DNA from: Candidatus Nomurabacteria bacterium | GTDB taxonomy: Bacteria > Patescibacteriota > Minisyncoccia > Phycocordibacterales > UBA10002 | DNA length: 64,000 nucleotides | Direction of reading: 5' to 3' | Assembly (NCBI GenBank): GCA_943354745.1 | Contig: CALRDB010000002.1 | Location: 3,679-67,678, forward strand | In this document: in pieces, positions 47,431 through 54,214 of the stretch | Layout of the letters: the number at the start of each line of letters is the position of its first letter | Position numbering within the stretch: position 1 is the first letter of the stretch | The notes under the pieces: generated by a model | What the model was told of the DNA's origin: nothing | The model's input: the letters and a program-made list of their open reading frames with translations, nothing else | Databases searched by the model: none | Program-made: the position numbers and the translations under genes

Positions 47431-48375
47431 ATTCCTGACCCAACAAAAGAGCACCTCACATTGGATGAGAATACCCGAACTGACAATACCCGACCGAGAA
47501 GGACCAAAATTGAAGCGTTCCCGAAAACGAGAACGCTTCCCCGCACAGGACACTACCTGACTGCACTGAAACCAACCACTCCGAAATTGAAGCGTCCCGA
47601 CGAATCGAGACGCCTCATCCGGACTCGAGCATTCACAAACGAACAGGACGGAACCTGACTGAACGACGCCGCATGCCACCTCAATCGGCATTCCGCTTTA
47701 GAAACGGAATACCCCCGTACCTTACCTTTGAAATGAGAGGCAAAATTCGAGCATCCCGACTAATTCTCGGGATGCTCGCCTGACAAAGGTGTACCATGAT
47801 TGAGCGAGCCGGCGAAAACCGACTCGCTCCCGAACAGAACTCTACGTCACGCCTCCGAAACAAACGACTGCCTACGGGGCGATACAAAACAGGTGCATAC
47901 GAAGACTTGCCGTAATTGCCGAACACCTTCGAAAAGGCGCTCGGCTCCACACCGAACCTGTTCTCGCAGGACACTACAACAGAAATGTTGGCTTGAGCTA
48001 ACTCATGCAAGCCACACGGCACATCTGATGACCTCAACTGAGCGAGCCGGCCGAAACCGACTCACCCCCGAACGTAAACAGACAGCTCTGCACGGGACAA
48101 TAGCGCACCCAACCTAAACCGACACCACCTGACCATAATTACCAAGCTCCTACGAACAAGAGCTTGGTTCCCGAGCGTACCAAGAAGCGCGAAACAGAAC
48201 AGTTGACTGCGAAACATGACTTTAGAGAACCACAATTGTCGAATCCGTGCTCGCACGGATTCGACCCGAGGAATGACTCAAACAAACATACTGGACTGAA
48301 CGGAACTTTACACTTGTGTGCCCCAAAATAGGTGACCGCAATCACTGCGACAACGAATTGTCGAAGTACGAAATA
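47431..48375 (-). ncRNA. Array B: about 10-11 pentamer-tract plus hairpin units, some short
   Basis: Hairpins at ~47513, 47590, 47689, 47748, 47802, 47918, 48040, 48141 and 48238, with phased AC tracts. Confidence 0.8.
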
Positions 48376-48383
48376 CCGAGTGC

Positions 48384-48412
48384 AAAGTAACACAGAAATA
48401 TAAAAACGGCAA
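48384..48412 (-). promoter_or_regulatory. Sigma70 promoter of array B
   Basis: TTGCCG-17 bp-TACTTT with TGn extension; the -35 lies within the hairpin closing array A. Confidence 0.75.
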
Positions 48413-48433
48413 GTCTCGTGAAAGACCTGCCGT

Positions 48434-49135
48434 ATGACTACATTACCTGACCTTACCCTACCCAACCGTACCTTGCCTCAAAGAACAAGACCTAACCGTG
48501 CCACATTCTCCCGCCCCTCTTGCGAATGGCGGGACCCGTGCCATAATCGACCTTACTGAACCTTACCTAAGAGGAACCGGCGGAAGAATCCTCTGCCGAA
48601 ACTTGACGAGCACTTTCGGAAAAGTGCTCGTCCCATGCTGCAGTTCAGATTACTACGCGTCACCTGACCGCGCGAGACGCTACGTTACCGCACTGTAGCG
48701 AGCCGATTGTTATCGGCCCGCTCCCGAACAAAACCCGACACCACGTTAGCCCGCAGAACTGAACCAAGCTTGAGCGTATTAGTGGACAGCTCCGCTAGGA
48801 GCTGTCCAACCGATACCTTTTCATAACGCACTGAACAGTGGATTACAAAACGGGACACTGCACCACCGGACCGTAATCAGTATCCCGACTTTCAGCGGGA
48901 TACTCCGGTACCGAACAGGACAGGGCCATACTTAGGAACACTCAAAATGAGCACACCTGACTTGACCGTACCGCAATTGCCAAACTTCTGCGAACAGAGG
49001 TTTGGCTCCACACAGCGCCTGTGTTCACAGGACTACAGGGTACAAAACCTGACGATTGAGTACGACAGGATACGAGACCGAAATGGTCGGCGGAAATGCT
49101 TTTCCGCCGACACCGACAACAGACTGAACTCTGTC
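48434..49135 (-). ncRNA. Array A: about 8 pentamer-tract plus hairpin units directly downstream of RAMP-like gene 1
   Basis: Cleanest tract is 48445-48504 (acctg acctt accct accca accgt acctt gcctc aaaga acaag accta accgt gccac); hairpins at ~48509, 48606, 48697, 48783, 48879, 48979 and 49086. Confidence 0.85.
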
Positions 49136-49188
49136 AAAAAAAAGCGGAGGTACCGAAGCACCTCCACATGACTGTCACTTCTTCGTCG

Positions 49189-50010
49189 TTACTCGGTAGC
49201 TACCGGAGCCGGACTGAGTCCCGCCACGCGTTTTTCGAGAACCTTACTCGACATTCGGCCGTTGTCCTCCGTCTTCGGAGCATGCTTCTCAGCCTGGCCG
49301 ACGTACTTGATTTCAATGTCGTCATTGATCGGTTCGATCTTGATTACTTCGAACTTCGAAACACGAAACTGTCCGTAGGAACCGGGCTTGTTTGGGGCCG
49401 AACCGCGCCAGTCGCCGAGACCGGATTTTTCGCCGGCCTTCTGCCAGAGCTGGAGCACGGTGTCGTCAGAGAAGTCAGGGTCCTTGAAGGTGAACTCAAT
49501 CTCGCACGCCCACTTCGGAATTAAAGGGCGGACCGTACGATTGGACCCCTTGGTCTGTTGGTTGACGGTACGACCCGCGTGAACTTCCCACGGAGTGTTC
49601 GCTTTCGCCTCCTCCTCCCCCATCGGCAACGCCTCGGTCGCAACTTCCCCGTTCGCATCGAGCCCCTTGAAGGCATAGAAGCGTTTGGTGAAGGTCACGA
49701 TGCTGGGGATTTCGGTTCCGCCACCTGACTTGGTGATGGCCGACGTGCGCTTCCCTTTCTTGACGGAGATGTGCTTCCCGCCGTTACAGAGGGTGGCCAT
49801 GAGGTTGTCCATTGGCCAGCCCATTTCACCGTTCGGTCCGCGATAGAGCTTGGCCTGAGCAACCACAACATCTTGGATGTCGCCGCGCTTGGGCGTTGCC
49901 GCTTTTTTGCCGCCGATCTCTTCAAGTGTACCGAGAAGCATGGGGTTTTGGATTGCTGCGGTTACTGAATCCAGTAACATCCGCACTGTCTTCTGCTGTC
50001 TTTCTGCCAT
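49189..50010 (-). CDS. RAMP/Cas7-like protein 1
   Basis: NPMLL first strand, AKLYR....MGWP.DNL.A.L..GG, RP.IPKW..E..F and Gly loop AG.KSGLGDWR.......GSYGQFRV; RBS-like AAGGGT upstream. Confidence 0.82.
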   Translation of the reverse strand: MAERQQKTVRMLLDSVTAAIQNPMLLGTLEEIGGKKAATPKRGDIQDVVVAQAKLYRGPNGEMGWPMDNLMATLCNGGKHISVKKGKRTSAITKSGGGTEIPSIVTFTKRFYAFKGLDANGEVATEALPMGEEEAKANTPWEVHAGRTVNQQTKGSNRTVRPLIPKWACEIEFTFKDPDFSDDTVLQLWQKAGEKSGLGDWRGSAPNKPGSYGQFRVSKFEVIKIEPINDDIEIKYVGQAEKHAPKTEDNGRMSSKVLEKRVAGLSPAPVATE

Positions 50011-50163
50011 AATTACCCTTACTTAATGCACCGAATCGCCGAAGCGAGCCGGTTTTGTTATGTAGTTGTCGAAGAGCTATAGATTCGGGCCGAAAAGCCT
50101 TGTCTGTAAGCCCTTGTTCACAGTGTGTGAACAGTGCCAAAAGCACACGCGATTAGCTCGACC

Positions 50164-50192
50164 AAACTAACAGAGATACGAAATTTTGTCAA
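50164..50192 (-). promoter_or_regulatory. Sigma70 promoter of RAMP-like gene 1
   Basis: TTGACA-17 bp-TAGTTT with TGn extension. Confidence 0.8.
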
Positions 50193-50227
50193 TAGTACGT
50201 AGTAAAGCAGGGTACCGTGTAAACGAG

Positions 50228-51982
50228 TTAAGAAGTCGTAGTAAACCGGTGGGATTTGAGGGCTCCCAATTTTTGGGTGAGTTCTTTACACTTTGCCAGC
50301 AGGGCTTGCGTCTCTTCTTTATTCCCGTCGTGCTCTGATTTGGCCAGTGTGTCCATTGTCTCAGAAAGAAGCATCGTAATATGCTCTTGTTCCAAATGAC
50401 GAAGAAGCTCCTCTTCCTCACTTACACCGGGCGAGGTATCCCCGTAGAGCGCTTCGGCTTCAAGCAAGAGAACATCAGCAAGTGCTTTATAGTGCTCTAC
50501 TTTTTTATCGAATACCTCCTTTTCAAAGATGCGGAGAAGTGCAGTCTGTAACCGCTCGAACAACAACGTATTCTTCTGCGACTCCGAAAGAAGATAAATA
50601 CTAAACACCCTCCGTTCAAGTGTATTCGAACGAACCGGTGCGGTAGCTTTACGTAATTCAGGTATTTCTTTTTCTCCAGCGACAGCCGGTACTTTTTTAA
50701 ACGCCTCCCAGAGCGCATCTTCCCGAAGACCGCTTTTCTCGGCGATTACTTTTATAAAATGGGATTGCTCAACAGGAGAAGTGAGAAGGCGGAGAAGCGG
50801 AAGTAGCGTCTTCTCAATCGCGAGCGCACGTTCCCTTCCCTCCTTGGAAGCATTGATAAGGTTAAGAAGAAGAAAATCAATAACGTGCTTTGATTCTGTT
50901 ACCGCCCTGTCCCATTCCTTTGGCTCCTTCAAAATAAGTTCAGCGGGATCTTTGCCTCCCCCGATCGCAATAACCTTCACATTCATACCAAGGGCGAGCG
51001 CCAGTTTTATCGCACGCTCGCTTGCTCGCACACCCGCACTATCCGCATCAAACGAAAGCAAGAGATTTTCGGACAGTCTTTTCAGACGCACAAGTTGTTG
51101 TTCGGTGAGTGCTGTCCCCGAAGATGCGACAGCATTCTCATGACCAGCTTGATGCACCATAAGAAGGTCCACTTGTCCTTCAACCAGTATCGCCGCGTCC
51201 TTTTGTCGTATCACGAGTTTCGCGCGGTCAAATCCATACAGGACTTCGGACTTATTGAAGAGCACGGTCTCGGGGCTGTTGATATATTTGCCTGTCTTTC
51301 CATCATCAAGTCTGGGGAGAATACGTCCTGAAAATGCGATAACTCGTCCCGCACTATCCCGAATCGGAAACATAATCCTCCCCCGGAAAGTATCATAGTA
51401 TTTCTTAGGACCTGACCCTGTGTGCCCTACAGAATCGGTTTGGTTGGCAATTTTAATCAAGCCGACCTTTCCCATTTCTTCCGGTGTAAATTTTTCCCGA
51501 GTGAGATAGTCGAATAGTTGCCTCCACTCCGCGGGGGCAAATCCTACTCGCCAGTCTTGTAGCGTTTTTTGGGTGAGACCTCTTCCGTCTATGTACACCT
51601 TCGCTTCAGCTGTAGCCCGCAATGTTTCTTCATAAAATCTCGTCGCTTTTTCGAGACAGAGATACAACCGTGCGTATTCGCTCTGTACCTTTGGATCAAG
51701 CTTAGTCAGGGTGACTCCCGCACGTTGCGCGAGCACCCGTAAAGCACCAATAAAGTCGAGTCCTTCAAACTCCTGCACGAACGTGAAAATATCCCCCTTT
51801 GCCTGACACCCGAAACAGTAATAGGAGTTGCGAGCAGGCGAGACAAAGAACGACGGCGACTTCTCATTGTGGAATGGGCATTTAGCCTTATAGGAAGTTC
51901 CTGCACGCTCAAGCTTTAGGTACGATCCAACCACATCGGCGATACCTAATCTTTCTTTAATTTGTTCAACCGGAGTGGACAT
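50228..51982 (-). CDS. dnaG: DNA primase
   Basis: CPFH.EKSPSF...CFGC zinc finger, KYINSPET and Toprim VEG..D/DAD.AG. Confidence 0.98.
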   Translation of the reverse strand: MSTPVEQIKERLGIADVVGSYLKLERAGTSYKAKCPFHNEKSPSFFVSPARNSYYCFGCQAKGDIFTFVQEFEGLDFIGALRVLAQRAGVTLTKLDPKVQSEYARLYLCLEKATRFYEETLRATAEAKVYIDGRGLTQKTLQDWRVGFAPAEWRQLFDYLTREKFTPEEMGKVGLIKIANQTDSVGHTGSGPKKYYDTFRGRIMFPIRDSAGRVIAFSGRILPRLDDGKTGKYINSPETVLFNKSEVLYGFDRAKLVIRQKDAAILVEGQVDLLMVHQAGHENAVASSGTALTEQQLVRLKRLSENLLLSFDADSAGVRASERAIKLALALGMNVKVIAIGGGKDPAELILKEPKEWDRAVTESKHVIDFLLLNLINASKEGRERALAIEKTLLPLLRLLTSPVEQSHFIKVIAEKSGLREDALWEAFKKVPAVAGEKEIPELRKATAPVRSNTLERRVFSIYLLSESQKNTLLFERLQTALLRIFEKEVFDKKVEHYKALADVLLLEAEALYGDTSPGVSEEEELLRHLEQEHITMLLSETMDTLAKSEHDGNKEETQALLAKCKELTQKLGALKSHRFTTTS

Positions 51983-52072
51983 ATAGTGAGATTAACGACC
52001 TGTGGATAGCCTTGATTTTTTCTCAATTTTGGGTGTATAATGCACTTGATCGTAAGATCGCAGATTTTAGAG

Positions 52073-52867
52073 CTAAGGGGCCCCAGAAATGGGGTCCTTT
52101 GTGCTTTTTAGGGCCTCTTTTGAGCTTTCTTCGCCGTTCCAGCAGATAAAATCCCGCAGTTCAAAGATGTCGAAAATAAACAGACCTTCCTTCACCAAGG
52201 CGTTCAGCTCGCGGGAAACTCTGCCGGCTGTAGCGAATAATACAACCTTTTTACCGTTTACAAGTAGGCTTTTTATCGGGTCGGCAAAGTCGCTATCCCC
52301 GCTCCACAAAACAAACGTGTCGACATTATCCCGCAGGTCATCTATCCGCATATCCGTGCCTATCTCAACGTCAAAATTGCATTTCCTGTCCTCTATGGAG
52401 TAAATACCTTGTGCATTCATCTCCTTGAACTTATTGTTGAGAAACTCAACTGTTTCGATACTGTACTTCCTGAGCAGAGATTTCCTCATGAATTTCTTCA
52501 ACAAATCCGGCGACTGCAAAGAAATACTTGAGACGTCGATTGGCAACTTCATTATCTTTACCGACTTAGTTCGTATTTCGTATTTGCATCGCTCTAACTT
52601 TTTTATTTCTTCTCGGGAGTGGGGGTCGCCGACTAGCTCTCCTTGATACCATTTTATGGAACCCACACTCTCAAAAGATTTGAGAAACTGCTTCAAACGA
52701 TTTGGACTGACATGCCATTTTAATTTTTCCGACCAAGGACGGACATTGGCAAAATCAATATAGGTGTTCGTTTTGCCAACGAAAAGGCCATCCACCTTCT
52801 GCACCGTAGGCATACGGTCCTCTCTCTTTGCCAGCTCTTCAATTCTTTGGGTCTTGGGCGTGAACAT
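52073..52867 (-). CDS. NYN (LabA/DUF88, PIN-like) domain protein
   Basis: YIDFAN, KCNFDVEI..D and SGDSDF. Confidence 0.88.
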   Translation of the reverse strand: MFTPKTQRIEELAKREDRMPTVQKVDGLFVGKTNTYIDFANVRPWSEKLKWHVSPNRLKQFLKSFESVGSIKWYQGELVGDPHSREEIKKLERCKYEIRTKSVKIMKLPIDVSSISLQSPDLLKKFMRKSLLRKYSIETVEFLNNKFKEMNAQGIYSIEDRKCNFDVEIGTDMRIDDLRDNVDTFVLWSGDSDFADPIKSLLVNGKKVVLFATAGRVSRELNALVKEGLFIFDIFELRDFICWNGEESSKEALKSTKDPISGAP

Positions 52868-52871
52868 GCTT

Positions 52872-53084
52872 TTAGCTTACTTTTTGGTAGCGGTAGTTAT
52901 ATCGAATAGAGTCATTGAGGAATTGCCCATGCGAGGATGAGCCGAGAAATTGCTGATACAGATGGACAGGAACATCAAAATACTGGTACACATCACCTGA
53001 CGTGAACTCCACCTCTAAAATTGCCGACGATGCGTCGTAGCCGATTGAACTGATATTTGAGGATGATACGGGTGTGCGGTACAT
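52872..53084 (-). CDS. KTSC domain protein
   Basis: MYRTPVSSSNISSIGYD....LEVEF..G.VYQY.DVP...Y..F....S.G.F.N..IR. Confidence 0.92.
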   Translation of the reverse strand: MYRTPVSSSNISSIGYDASSAILEVEFTSGDVYQYFDVPVHLYQQFLGSSSHGQFLNDSIRYNYRYQKVS

Positions 53085-53085
53085 A

Positions 53086-53301
53086 TTACTTTTCTGTGAA
53101 GAGAACCATCTCGTTGGTATCAACGAAATGGCTGTGGATAACTTCGCCACTATTCTCACAGGCTGTTTTAGCCTTATTTAAGGCCGTCAAAAAGTTACGA
53201 TAGTCAGTATATTCCAGAACCTTGGCAAGCTCCCGCGATGACCAGTATTCCTTGCCATCGTTATCTACCTTTTTGATTGTCTCAAATATATTTTCTTTCA
53301 T
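53086..53301 (-). pseudogene. Truncated DinD (BRO-N-like) N-terminal fragment
   Basis: FE.IK.....G.EYWSSREL..VL.Y..Y.NF.....KA..AC..SG.....HF; stops after 71 aa. Confidence 0.75.
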
Positions 53302-53315
53302 GCTTTTGTGAATAC

Positions 53316-54122
53316 CTACGATTTCATTGCAACCAATACCTGCACCTGCACCTTTTCACGGAATATACCACTTGGTTCACAGTTCAAGAGCTTCTGCTTC
53401 AGTTCTTCCTCAAACGCTTCTATCCTATCACCAAACATTTCTCGACGCGCGAAAGAGGTAGAATAGAGATACCCGATAGCCTGCTCAAGCGACCACACTA
53501 TCTCATAGTCATGTATCCATTCATCATATCCTCCGAATGGTGACTCTTCGAGGAGTTCCTCCCAATCTTTCCACTTCTCGAGAAAAGAGCCGTTTCTTCG
53601 CTCTTCTCCTAGATACTTTTGAATGACCTCTTTGCGCACTTTCTTCCACTCTTCTTTGTTGTTTGTCCAACCGGAGGTTGGATTCTGAATAAGTGCCACA
53701 CCTCCTTGAGCCTCAGATACCCCATAGATTTCTTTCAGTACCTCTGCCCCATCCCTCCAATGAAGCGACGCTCCCGCTGTCGCCAATCGAAATGTCCCCA
53801 TCTGTTCGCTGATATCCTCTGCCTTTCCCGTAATCCAGCGTACATTTTTTACGTTGCGCTTCTGTGCTTCTTTTTTTGCCTCCATGATCATATCCGGCTC
53901 GATATCGAGACCTACAATTTCCTCAAAATCTTTCGCGAGCGGAAGCAGAATCTGTCCGGTTCCGCAACCAAGGTCAAGAAGTTTCCCTTTTCCATTCAAT
54001 TGGAAATACTTCCGAAGATAGGCGAACATCTCCTCTGGATACCATGGTCGGTACCTGGCGTAATACGAAGATGCTCCATGGAACAGCTTACGTTGGTCAC
54101 CTCCTTTTGGAAAAATACTCAC
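53316..54122 (-). CDS. Class I SAM-dependent methyltransferase
   Basis: YARYRP.YP, LDLGCGTG and ASLHW. Confidence 0.9.
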   Translation of the reverse strand: MSIFPKGGDQRKLFHGASSYYARYRPWYPEEMFAYLRKYFQLNGKGKLLDLGCGTGQILLPLAKDFEEIVGLDIEPDMIMEAKKEAQKRNVKNVRWITGKAEDISEQMGTFRLATAGASLHWRDGAEVLKEIYGVSEAQGGVALIQNPTSGWTNNKEEWKKVRKEVIQKYLGEERRNGSFLEKWKDWEELLEESPFGGYDEWIHDYEIVWSLEQAIGYLYSTSFARREMFGDRIEAFEEELKQKLLNCEPSGIFREKVQVQVLVAMKS

Positions 54123-54214
54123 AACCTATAACATATCACCAAATGACCCATAACAGAATAACCCAAAACCAGTAAGGTTTTGGGTTATTCAGTCATTCGG
54201 TTATAAGTGATGAG

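Noticed and set aside
41450-49135. Canonical CRISPR array, or a TIGR-type array with conserved box motifs
   Set aside because: There are no identical direct repeats or fixed boxes around short spacers. The conserved features are the pentamer phase and the hairpin shape.
49109-49137. Dedicated promoter for array A
   Set aside because: TTGACA is present, but the hexamer 17 bp downstream (GGTGTC) is not a -10. Readthrough from RAMP1 past the 49136-49165 hairpin is more plausible.
41333-49171. The many 60-190 aa ORFs called on both strands across the arrays (e.g. 42702-43268, 43205-43585, 44130-44873, 47337-48465)
   Set aside because: They have Cys/Arg/Ser/Val-rich low-complexity composition, overlap in multiple frames and show no motifs. 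They are by-products of 5-nt periodic non-coding sequence.
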